Shown here one piece after another: positions 46,629 to 57,000 of a stretch of DNA of 64,000 nucleotides. Every line of letters starts with the position of its first letter. Within the stretch, counting starts at the first letter, position 1. Origin of the DNA: Candidatus Magasanikiibacteriota bacterium (lineage in GTDB: Bacteria > Patescibacteriota > Patescibacteriia > Magasanikbacterales > GWA2-37-8); NCBI GenBank assembly GCA_016189025.1, contig JACPGS010000005.1:385-64384 (forward strand). Reading direction: 5' to 3'. The translations under genes were made by a program, and so were the position numbers. The notes below the pieces were generated by a model. The model saw only the letters and a list, made by a program, of their open reading frames with translations, made no database searches and was not told where the DNA came from.

Positions 46629-47504
46629 ATGAAAACTCCCCAACTTCCCTACCCCAAACTCTCCCGCACCCTGGGTATCCCGAGCGAGGTCTGGTTCAAG
46701 CGCGAAGATCTGCATAAATACGGCTCGCATAAGGGACGCTCGCTCCCTTTAATGATTGATACCTACCGCCAGCAAGGTATTACTGATTTTATTATTGCTT
46801 CCTCGGGCAATGCGGCGCTGGCGGCGGCCCGCTATATTCAGACTAAGAATAAGGGGGGGTCAACGCCTCCGCTGACCCTGCAGATGCTGGTCGGCGCCAA
46901 AATTGACCCGGCTAAACTGCGGCTGCTCACCCAAACTACCGATGATAATATTACTTTAGAACAGAGGGAAGACCCTCTGCAAACTGCCTTTAAGCTAGAG
47001 CAAACCGGGCCGGGCAAATGGCTCCGCCAGTCGGCTGATGAATTGGCGCTGGTCGGATACTACGAATTGGCCGGGGAACTTGCCAAAATTCCCCAGTTAT
47101 CCGCCATATTTATTCCTACTTCGAGCGGCACTACCGCCCAAGGCCTGTACGAAGGCTGCCGGCCACTCAAACTCAATCCGCAAATTCACATTATTCAGAC
47201 GGACTATTGCCATCCGATGGTGGAAAAAGAAGAAAAGGAAAAGAGCGAAAGTTCGTTGGCGAAAGCGATTGTGGATCGGGTGGCGCGGCGCAAAGCCAAA
47301 GTTCAAGAAGCGATTAAAAACAGCGGCGGGGCCGGCTGGATTGCCACTGACGCGCAAATCAGCGCGGCGATGAAACTAGTTAAAGAACAAACCGGCCTTA
47401 TTATTTCTCCCAATAGCGCCCTCTCAATGGTCGGCCTGCAACAGGCCATTGCCGCCGGCTGGCGCTGGGAGGGGGCGGTGGTGTGCCTAATTACCGGGGC
47501 TTAA
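46629..47504 (+). CDS. PLP-dependent fold-type II enzyme (threonine synthase/dehydratase-like)
   Basis: FKREDLHKYGSHKGR, ASSGNAALAAA, PTSSGTT, VCLITG. Confidence 0.85.
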   Translation: MKTPQLPYPKLSRTLGIPSEVWFKREDLHKYGSHKGRSLPLMIDTYRQQGITDFIIASSGNAALAAARYIQTKNKGGSTPPLTLQMLVGAKIDPAKLRLLTQTTDDNITLEQREDPLQTAFKLEQTGPGKWLRQSADELALVGYYELAGELAKIPQLSAIFIPTSSGTTAQGLYEGCRPLKLNPQIHIIQTDYCHPMVEKEEKEKSESSLAKAIVDRVARRKAKVQEAIKNSGGAGWIATDAQISAAMKLVKEQTGLIISPNSALSMVGLQQAIAAGWRWEGAVVCLITGA

Positions 47505-47563
47505 TTATTGGGAATTGCACCGAGCGACCAAGTTAAAGTAATTTTTTTGGCAATTCGCAATAA

Positions 47564-49549
47564 TTATCTACTTAATACCACCACCGCATCTAGTAAACCC
47601 GCGCCGCCGGGGGCAGCGCCTAAAAATAAACTAACCGAGCCGGGCAAAACTGATACCGGAAACTCATTTTGCAATACTCCCCGCCCGGATAAAATTTTCA
47701 CCCGCGGCCGCGCGGGCTGCCCCAGGGCTACTGCCAGCTCAGCCGCGCCGCCGGCTCTAAAATTTCCTACTGCCACGGCCACCGGGCCGTTAATTTTTTT
47801 GCCCCCGGGCTGAAAACGCTGCCGCTCTTTAGTCAACTCTGCGTCATACACTAAAACTTCGGCCGCTCTCCCGCCGCCGGTGCCGAATACTACTTCGGGC
47901 TTGCCATCGCCATCAAGATCGCCGGCCGCCACCGCAAACCCGCCGCGATATTTTTTGCCGAGCGGAAAAATACTTTCCCCTAACTGTTTACCGTAATAAG
48001 CATAACGCTGCACCTCTCCATTATTGCTGCCGGCAATAATCAGCTCCACGGGGCGATCGGCCGCGCTCCGCACTACGGAGAGGCGCAGCGTGCCGCGGAA
48101 ATTGGCGCCGAACGGATAATCATTAAACCAGCGCTCACCGCGGCTGTTAAAAATTTCCAATTTTGGCCCGGTCGCGATAATTTGCTCCGCCCCGGGCGCG
48201 CCGTCCAGGTCGCCCTGGTAAATCACCGCGCTACCGACGTAACCATCCCGAAAGGAAAAAAACCCGTTGCGGGCGCGCGCTCCCTCGCCGGTAAAAAATC
48301 GGACAAACGAACCGTTCACAAACGGCACCGCCGAAAGCGATTGGGTGGTGCGCAATAGCAATAATCCGTCGCGGGGCGGCAGGCTGACCTCCTCGCTGAT
48401 TGACCCATCATTCGTCTCTGGGTCTTGTTTGCCGATCAGCCGCTCAAACTCGCCGCCGAGCGCCACTTCCTGCGCTTCGTTCGTGGCATTAACTAAAGCT
48501 AAGCCACCCTGATAATCGCGCCGCCACACGCCCTCCGAAAAATTATCACTATCCGCGGGCGATGTTGCAGGGGCCGCCACCGCACCCAGCGGCACGTCGT
48601 ACTCGTCGTACCACCAAATTTGGTGGTGGCTCTCGGTGCCGTGATCAAAACTAAAATAAACGTCGTCCAACAGGAGCGCGCTGGTAAGTCCAAAGCGCAT
48701 CCGGCGCCAGTCCAGGCGATTCCCGGTATTATTGGTATTGGCATTAAACACGGTAAGGAGCGGCGCCCGGTTTTGTTTTTGATTGACCTGGAGTTTATTC
48801 ATCAGCCCTCCCCAGGACCCGTGCGCCTCCCAAGGGGTAGGAAAATTTTCGTACAACCGTCCGTTGACAGACGGCTGAAAAACGCGGTCCGAACTGCCGT
48901 TAATCACCAAATAACGAACACCCAGTTTTTCCTGTGCCCGGGTAAGCAAATACTCAATCCGGCGCGCCCATTCCGTATCCAGACTGCCCGGTTCATCGCG
49001 TATCCCGTTGCGGTCAAGATCAAGGTCTCCCTGGTTAAACCAGGAAATTCCGTCATACACCACGTCAAAAAATACCCCGTCCCATACGCCGGCCGATAAA
49101 ATTTTATCGCGCACAAAATCAACCAGATAATCGCTCCAGCCGGCGCTCATATTGGTGCTCAAATGCCCGGGCCAATCCGAAGTAATCCGCCCGGCGCTGT
49201 CTTTTAGCCACCATTCAGGGTTTACCGTAAATCCGTTATAAACAGTATTCCCCGGATAAACTTCCCATTCGGTCAGATAACTTTTGCTCGGCACATAAGC
49301 GAGCAGAATAATTGATGGGTTACGTTGCTTAATATCATTAATTACCTCTTGGCTTACCACTGCCTGTTCTGGTGTTAAAATTAAAACATGATAACGCGCC
49401 AGGGTGGCGATACTGGCTTCGTCGGTGGGCAACGTGCCCAAAAAATAGTTGGCCAAAAGCGGCGCCGCGGCCGCCCGCACCGGCGAAAAAAGAAAGGGCC
49501 CCAGGAGCCCCCCACTGATTAAAACTGTACTAATGATTTTACGTCCCAT
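47564..49549 (-). CDS. Secreted putative glycoside hydrolase with FG-GAP-like repeats
   Basis: Signal peptide, WDGVFFD, WWYDEYD, GVWRRDY, GDLDGDGKPEVV. Confidence 0.7.
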   Translation of the reverse strand: MGRKIISTVLISGGLLGPFLFSPVRAAAAPLLANYFLGTLPTDEASIATLARYHVLILTPEQAVVSQEVINDIKQRNPSIILLAYVPSKSYLTEWEVYPGNTVYNGFTVNPEWWLKDSAGRITSDWPGHLSTNMSAGWSDYLVDFVRDKILSAGVWDGVFFDVVYDGISWFNQGDLDLDRNGIRDEPGSLDTEWARRIEYLLTRAQEKLGVRYLVINGSSDRVFQPSVNGRLYENFPTPWEAHGSWGGLMNKLQVNQKQNRAPLLTVFNANTNNTGNRLDWRRMRFGLTSALLLDDVYFSFDHGTESHHQIWWYDEYDVPLGAVAAPATSPADSDNFSEGVWRRDYQGGLALVNATNEAQEVALGGEFERLIGKQDPETNDGSISEEVSLPPRDGLLLLRTTQSLSAVPFVNGSFVRFFTGEGARARNGFFSFRDGYVGSAVIYQGDLDGAPGAEQIIATGPKLEIFNSRGERWFNDYPFGANFRGTLRLSVVRSAADRPVELIIAGSNNGEVQRYAYYGKQLGESIFPLGKKYRGGFAVAAGDLDGDGKPEVVFGTGGGRAAEVLVYDAELTKERQRFQPGGKKINGPVAVAVGNFRAGGAAELAVALGQPARPRVKILSGRGVLQNEFPVSVLPGSVSLFLGAAPGGAGLLDAVVVLSR

Positions 49550-49597
49550 AAGTTTGTGGTAGTATAGAGAAAACCAATAAGATAATCAACTGCCCCT

Positions 49598-50873
49598 GTG
49601 AAAAAACTTTTACTCTTGCTCGCCGCCCTGGCGGCGTTCATTATCCTCAACCCCTATGGCGGCCTGGATATTCTGGCCGGGCTAGTGGTAATCGGTCTGC
49701 TGCTTTACCATTTGGTAGGCGACTATGCAATACTAGCACTAATCGCCATCCGCCCCACGGTTGACCTCTGGCGCGACTATATTGTAGTAAGCACCGAGGA
49801 GTTTACCGTTAATCTTAATGCCGCTCTTTCCTTGCTGCTGGCCCTTTGGGCAATCTACTTTTTGGTCAAGGAATATCAGCGTCGGAAAAATTTACCAGGC
49901 AAATATTTACTGATAATCTTTATCGCCTGGAGTATGGCAACGCTGATTTGGAGCGTGGATCGTTTGTCCACCGTCACCGAAACCTTAAAAATTTTTAATC
50001 TGGGCGCGCTCTTCGCCATAGGTTTTATTTTGTCCCGGCGTGATGGCGCGCGATTCTTGGCTAAACTAACGCCGGCCTTGGCGCTCGGCAGCATCCCTCC
50101 CCTTGCTACGGCGCTCTATCAGCTGGCAACCGGCGGCGGGCAAACCATTGACGAAATTCCCGGCCGCCTGTTCGGTACCCTGGCTCACCCTAATGTCCTG
50201 GCTTTCCTCGGCCTGACGCTAATTTTTCTGTTGGCGCACCAGTCGCTGCAAAAACAGGCGCCGCCGCCACTTTTCCCCCAGCCAGTTACCCGCCTGGCGC
50301 TCGGCATCCTCCTGGCGATTACCCTGTTTACCTATACCCGCGTTGCCTGGCTCGGGGCAGTGATATTTTTCGCGCTGCTGGCCGCCCCCCTTCAACCGCT
50401 GGCTCGCTGACCGCAGCGGCTTGGATTTAACCGCGCTGCCGGTAATCGCTCGCCTTACTACCAGGACCCTAGGCGCTGATTCCCTTGCCTGGCGCCTGGA
50501 ACTGGCGGAAAAAATTCTACCCGTGGCCCTGGCTCGCCCGATTCATGGCTACGGGTACGGAACCTTTGCCACGGTCTGGGATAATCACAAGGGAGTTAAA
50601 AATATCTGGGACGATTCGTCCGAAGCCCATAATGATTATCTGAAATTGTTTGTGGAGGTAGGAGCGGTGGGCCTGATTTTCTATCTGGCGTTTTTTATTA
50701 TCCTGTTACGCGCCGCCGTCCAGCAAATAAGAACACACGGCTGGACACGAATTGTGTTCATGGGGAGCCTGGCGATTTATCTTATTCTTTCCCTCTCCGA
50801 CAACATGCTCCACCACACGCCGGTGGGCTGGTGGCTGTTTACGCTTTGGGGAGCCTGGGCCGGGGAAACTTAA
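49598..50873 (+). pseudogene. O-antigen ligase (Wzy_C) family gene split into two frames
   Basis: GTLAHPN and TYTRVAW in ORF1; WR...GYGYGTF...EAHNDYL in ORF2; frame change near the C6 tract at 50385-50390. Confidence 0.75.
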
Positions 50874-51096
50874 AGCCGAGGCAATTCCCCTACTGCTGCT
50901 TTCCCCGGCGGGAAAGCAAAAGTCGGGGAGGGAAGGAGGGCAGCAAGATCAATCAAAAGCAATCAATGCTAGCGCCACCTCGCCCTTCCTTCCCCAATAT
51001 ATATTTTCTCCTGCGCGTTACTCGTACACGCCGCGCAGATCAGGTGTAGTCTTTGCCTCGGGTAAGCGTGCTACTTGGCCCGGGGCTGTTGGCGGA

Positions 51097-54000
51097 CTAG
51101 TTGCAGCCGTCGTCTACGACGCCGTTGCAGTTATTGTCATACTGGTCGCACCACTCGGTAGAACCCGGGTGGTTGTGGTACGACCCGTCAGTGACAAACG
51201 AGAACCCCTGCAAAGGCGTTGAATCGGACGGGTTGTCGTCGCAGTCGCCGCCTTGGAGGTCGGCAACCGCGATTGCCGGGTTGCGACTGCCGGTACAGGG
51301 CGCCACTTCACAGAACCCATCGCCGTCGTCATCCCAGCTATCGCAGGTGGTGTCCGGCAACGGCCCGCCGCCCGCGCCCGATGCCCGCAGCGGCGTCAGC
51401 CCGTGCTGATCCAAGCAAACACCGGCGAGATCGGTGCCGGTCAGGTCTCGGCCGGTCAGGTCGCTCCCGGCAAGATCTGCCGCGGGACTGCCATCCGCTG
51501 CCCCGCCCGTGAGGTCGCTCGTGAGGTCAGAGGCCGCTGCAGTCAGGTCGCCGGCGCTTGCGAGGTCAGGGGCAACGGATTGATCCAGAAACACCAACCG
51601 ATCTGCTGCGACCGTGAGATCCGTTGCTACAGCGCTGTCACCCACTGCCGAAAAATCGGCTACGCCTCCGACACCATCCGCGCCCGTGAGATCCGGCAAC
51701 GACGACAGATCCATCGCCAGCGCCCCGTCCGCCATCGTGAGGTCTGGTACAACCGTAAGATCAGGCCCTACCGTAAGATCAGGCAGAACTGCCAGATCGG
51801 GCGGAGGCGTGAGGTCATTCGGAGGCAATTCGAGATCCGGCGAAGAAACGACCGCATCCGGCGGAACACCGAGATCCGGTGAGGGGCCGCTGGCATCACC
51901 GACGCCGCCATCCCCTACTGTCGCACATACCCCGCCGACGCAGGCGCCACTCGCGCAGTCGCCCGCGCTCGCGCAACGCGCTCCTATGGGACAACCCAGG
52001 CAACTCCCGCCACCGCAGTCAAGGTCGCTCTCGCTGCCGTTCCGGACGCTGTCGCTGCAGGTTGGCGGCCGGCAGGTGTTGTTGGTGCAGACGCCGCTGG
52101 CACAATCCAGGGCGCCGCCACAACTCATGCCGTCCGGACAGCCCGGGCAAGCACCGCCGCCGCAGTCCACGTTAGTCTCAAAGCCATTCCGGAAACCGTC
52201 GTTACACGACGACACGCAGACGTTGTTGGTGCACACATCGCTCGTACAATCCGAGCCATGCTGACACCCCTTGCCGTCCACGCACCGGCCGCACACGCCG
52301 CCGCCGCAATCCACGTCCGTTTCCTGCCCATTTACTGCCCCATCCGAGCAGGTGGCAATATCATGGCACGTTCCGCCGACACAGCTCATCCCTGCCGGGC
52401 AGACTTCCCCGCAAGCGCCGCAATTGGCATTGGTGCCAAGGGTGGTTTCGCAGCCGTCAGTGCGCTTGCTGCCGTTGCAATCCGCGAACCCGCTGGCGCA
52501 GGCACCGGTGCACTGGCCGCCAACGCATAGCCGGATAACGAGGTTGAGGCCCGAGCAGACTTGCCCGCAGCCTCCGCAGTGGTCCGGATCCGAGGTAGTG
52601 TTTACCTCGCAGCCGTCCAGAGCGTGATCGCTGTTGCAATCCGCAAAGCCAGGCGAACAGGTGCCGCGGCAAACTCCTGTGGTGCAGGTGCGGAGGGTGA
52701 TGTTCTGCGTGGAGCAGATTACCCCGCAGGCGCCGCAGTTCTCCACGTCGCCGTCGGTGTAACTTTCGCACCCGTCAGTGACATTGCTGTTGCAATCAGC
52801 GTAGCCGGCGTTGCCCCGGGTAAACCCGCACTGACCGTTGGTACAGGCGGGATTGGCATTGGGAGTGAGGCAGGGTTGACTGCAAACGCCGCAGTTCGCG
52901 AGGTCGGAATTCAGGTTGACCTCGCAGCCGTCGCGGCGCTTATCGCCGTTGCAATCCGCGAAGCCGGCGCTGCAGGCCCCACCGCAAACGCCAACCGTAC
53001 AGGTAGGCGCCGCGATGTTGTTGCCCGAGCACTCCGCCCCGCAACCACTGCAATGGCGCGGATCGGCGTTGACGTTCACCTCGCAGCCGTCGCGGCGCTG
53101 GTCAGCGTTGCAGTCGGCGAAGCCGGAAAGGCAATCGCCGGCGCAAGCGCCTTCCACGCACCGCAACATCGAGATGTTTACGCCCGAGCAGGTGTTCCCG
53201 CAGCCGCCGCAGTTGCCTACGTCAGTAGCGGTATTCACCTCGCAGCCGTTCCCCGCCGCGCCGTCGCAGTTGGCGTATCCGCTGTTGCAGGTCGCCACCT
53301 GGCAGGCGCCGCCGAAGCAGGCTGGCGTACCGTTCGCTGCGAAGCAAGCAATGCCGCACGCCCCGCAGTTGCCCACGTGGCGCTCGAGCTCTACTTCGCA
53401 GCCGTCGCTCGGATTGCTGTTGCAGTCCGCGAAGCCGGCGCTGCAGCTTGCCACCTGGCAGGCGCCGTTGGTACAGACCGGCGTGCCGTTGGCGACGACA
53501 CAGACCTTGCCGCAGGCGCCGCAATTATTGAGGTCGCGGGCGGTTTCGGTCTCACAGCCGTCCAGCTGCTTGTTGGCATTGCAGTCGGAGAATCCTGAAG
53601 CGCAGGCGCCGATACAGCTACCGGTAGAGCAGGTCGGCGCGACGTGATTTGCCGAGCAGACCGCGCCGCAGGCGCCGCAAGCGTCCTTGTTCAGGGTGAG
53701 GCTGGTCTCACAGCCGTCCGCGGCGCTGCTGTTGCAGTCCGCGAAGCCGGCGGAACAGGAGACTATCGTACAAGCTCCTCCGATGCAGTTGGAGGCGCCA
53801 TTGGGATTCAGGCACGCGCGGCTACAGACGCCGCAGTGCTGATTATCACTCCGCAGATCCACCTCGCAACCGTCGGCCGGATTGTTATTGCAATCCGCGA
53901 AGCCGGCGGCGCACTGCCCGATGACGCACGCCCCGCCCACACAGACCGGAGTGGCATTCGGCAGAGCGCACACCTTGCCACAGCCGCCGCAGTTGCCTAC

Positions 54001-57000
54001 GTCAGTAGCGGTATTCACTTCGCAGCCGTCCAGGCGCTTGTTGCCGTTGCAATCCGCGAAACCAGCGGCGCAGACGCCTGCCTCGCACGAACTCGCCGCA
54101 CAAGAGGCGGCGATATTCTGGGTGCTACAGGCCGACCCACACCCGCCGCAGCTCGTGGTGCTCGTCGCGAGGTTCGTCTCACACCCGTCGGCCGCATCCG
54201 CGTTGCAGTTGGCGTACCCCGCGTTGCAGGAGGCGATGTTGCACTTGCCTACCGAACACGCCGGCGTACCGTTTGCCGCCACGCAGCTTACCCCGCAGCC
54301 GCCGCAGTTCTCCGCGTCGCTTGCGAGGTTTGCCTCGCACCCGTCGCCCGACCAGCCGTTGCAGTCCTGGAAACCAGAGTGGCAGGAGGCGATCCCGCAA
54401 AAGCTACTGAAAAAGCCAGGGAAACACCCAGCGGTACCGTTCGGAGCCGAACACCGCACGCCGCAGAACCCGCAGTTATTGGGGTCAGCCGCGATGTTGG
54501 TTTCGCACCCCGTTCCGTACGCGCCGTCGCAGTCCGCAAAGCCAGGGTCGCACCCACCACTGATGGTGCAGGATCCTCCCCAACACATGGGGAGACCGTG
54601 CGCCGGCGGCGAGCAGACATTGCCACAGCTGCCACAGTTGCGCAGGTCGTAAAGAGTATTTACCTCGCAACCGTTACTTGGATTGCGGTCGCAATCCGCA
54701 TAACCGGAGTAACAGCTGGTAAGGGTACACTCCCCGCCGAGGCAGCTAGAAGTGCCGCCGAAGCGGGAACACGCCGCCCCGCAAGCGCCGCAGTTGCCGG
54801 CATTGCTCATGAGGTTGGTCTCGCAGCCGTCCGAGAGATTCGCATTGCAGTCCGCGAACCCGACGGAGCAGCCGACGAAGACACAGGAACCGGCCGAACA
54901 GACCGAGGCGCCATTCGCGAACAGACAGAGCCGTCCGCAGGCGCCGCAGTGCTGGGCGTTGATGCGGGTGTCAACTTCACACCCGTCCGCCGCCATGCCG
55001 TTGCAGTCCGCGAAGCCGGCAGCGCACGAGCCGACCGCGCACGCGCCGTTCAAACAAACAGCCGCGGCGTTCGGGAGTGAACACACTGCTCCGCACCCGC
55101 CGCAGTTCCGGACGTCGCTCATTGTATCGGTCTCGCAGCCGTCCGCGGCGCTGCTGTTGCAGTCCGCGAAGCCGACGGAACAGGAAACGATCGTGCAAGC
55201 CCCTCCGATACAGCGGGAGGCGCCGTTGGGATTCAGGCACGCGCGGCTACAGACGCCGCAGTGCTGGTTGTCGCTGCGGAGATCCGCCTCGCAGCCGTCC
55301 GAGAGATTCGCATTGCAGTCCGCGAACCCGACGGAGCAGCCGACGAAGACACAGGAACCGGCCGAACAGACCGAGGCGCCATTGGCGAACAGGCACAGCC
55401 GTCCGCAGGCGCCGCAGTTGGTGGCGCTGGTTGCGAGGTTGGTCTCGCAGCCATCCGCCACCACGCCGTTGCAGTCCGCGAAGCCAGGAGCACACGCCCC
55501 GATGGCGCACGCGCCGTTCAAACAAACAGCCGCGGCGTTCGGGAGTGAACACACTGCTCCGCACCCGCCGCAGTTCCGGACGTCGCTCATCGTGTCCATT
55601 TCGCAGCCGTCTAGACGCTTACTGCTGTTGCAGTCCGCGAAGCCCGGGAAGCATCCGCCGCCCTCGCACGAGCCGCTCTCGCAGGAGGCGACGATGTTCC
55701 GGGTGGAACACGCCGACCCGCAGCCGCCGCAGCTGGCGAGGGTGGTATTCAGGTTGACCTCGCAGCCGTCGGAGGCCTTACCGTTGCAGTCCGCGAAGCC
55801 GGTCTGGCAGGAGGCGACTGTACAGGCTCCACCCGCGCAGCCCGCAGCGCCATTCGCAATCACGCAGGCGTGGCCGCAGACGCCGCAGTTGCTGGGGTGG
55901 TTCTGGATGTTCACTTCACAGCCGTTCGCGACGTTGCCGTCGCAATCGGCAAAGCCCGCTTTGCACGAGCTAATACCGCACACTCCGCTGGCGCAGAGGG
56001 GGTTGGCGTTGGGAGGGGAAGGACACGGCTGGTTGCACCCGCCGCAGTGCGCCAGGTCGCGCGTGGTATCCACGCAGCGTCCCTGGCACTGGGCAAGCTC
56101 GGTCGGACACGGCTCACAGACGCCGAAGTGGCAGGTGCCGCTCCGGCAATCCGCGCCCGTGAGGCAATCCGAGAAGTCGCGGCACGGCAGGCACGCGCCG
56201 CCGCAGTCCACGTCAGTCTCTAGGCCATTCTTGATGCCGTCGCTACAGACCGGCGCCTGGCAGACGCCCCCGAGGCAAAGCCCGGAGGAACAGTCAGCCG
56301 CTAGTTCGCAGGAAAATCCCGGCTGACAGGCCGGACACCCGCCGCCGCAGTCCACGTCGGTTTCACGGCCGTTCTTCACGCTGTCGTGGCAGCTCGGCGC
56401 TGCGCAGCGGAGCGTCGGCAGATTGCAGACGCCGCTCACGCAGTCCGCGCCCAGGAAGCAGCGCTTACCGTCCGGACAGGGAGCACACAGCGGCCCCCCG
56501 CAATCCACATCGGTTTCGCTGCCGTTGGGGAACGACATGGTAGCGCCGTCCGCGCAACTCGGCTGGGGAGTGCAGAAAAGGTTGAAGCAGTTCCCAGTCA
56601 GGCAATCACGCCCCACCAGGCACTCCTGCCCAGCCTCACAGCGCCCGCACTTCCCGCCGCCGCAGTCCGCATCGGTTTCCAAGCCATTCTTCACGCCGTC
56701 GCGACACGTCGGGATGCACTCGCGGTTATTGCAGGTGAAGTTCCCCGTGGGCGCGCAGGCATACCAGCACGACCCACAGTTGTTCGCGTCATTCGCGAGG
56801 TTCACCTCGCAGCCGTCTATGGCATTCGCGTTGCAGTTCGCGAATCCAGGCTTGCAGGAAACGTCGCAGGTGCCGGAAACGCACACCGGATATCCCTGCG
56901 CCGATAGCGGACAGCGATTGCCGCAACCGTCGCAGTTGCGCGGGTCAACGTCGATGTTCGTCTCGCAGCCGTTGCCGACGTCGCCGTCGCAATCCGTGAA

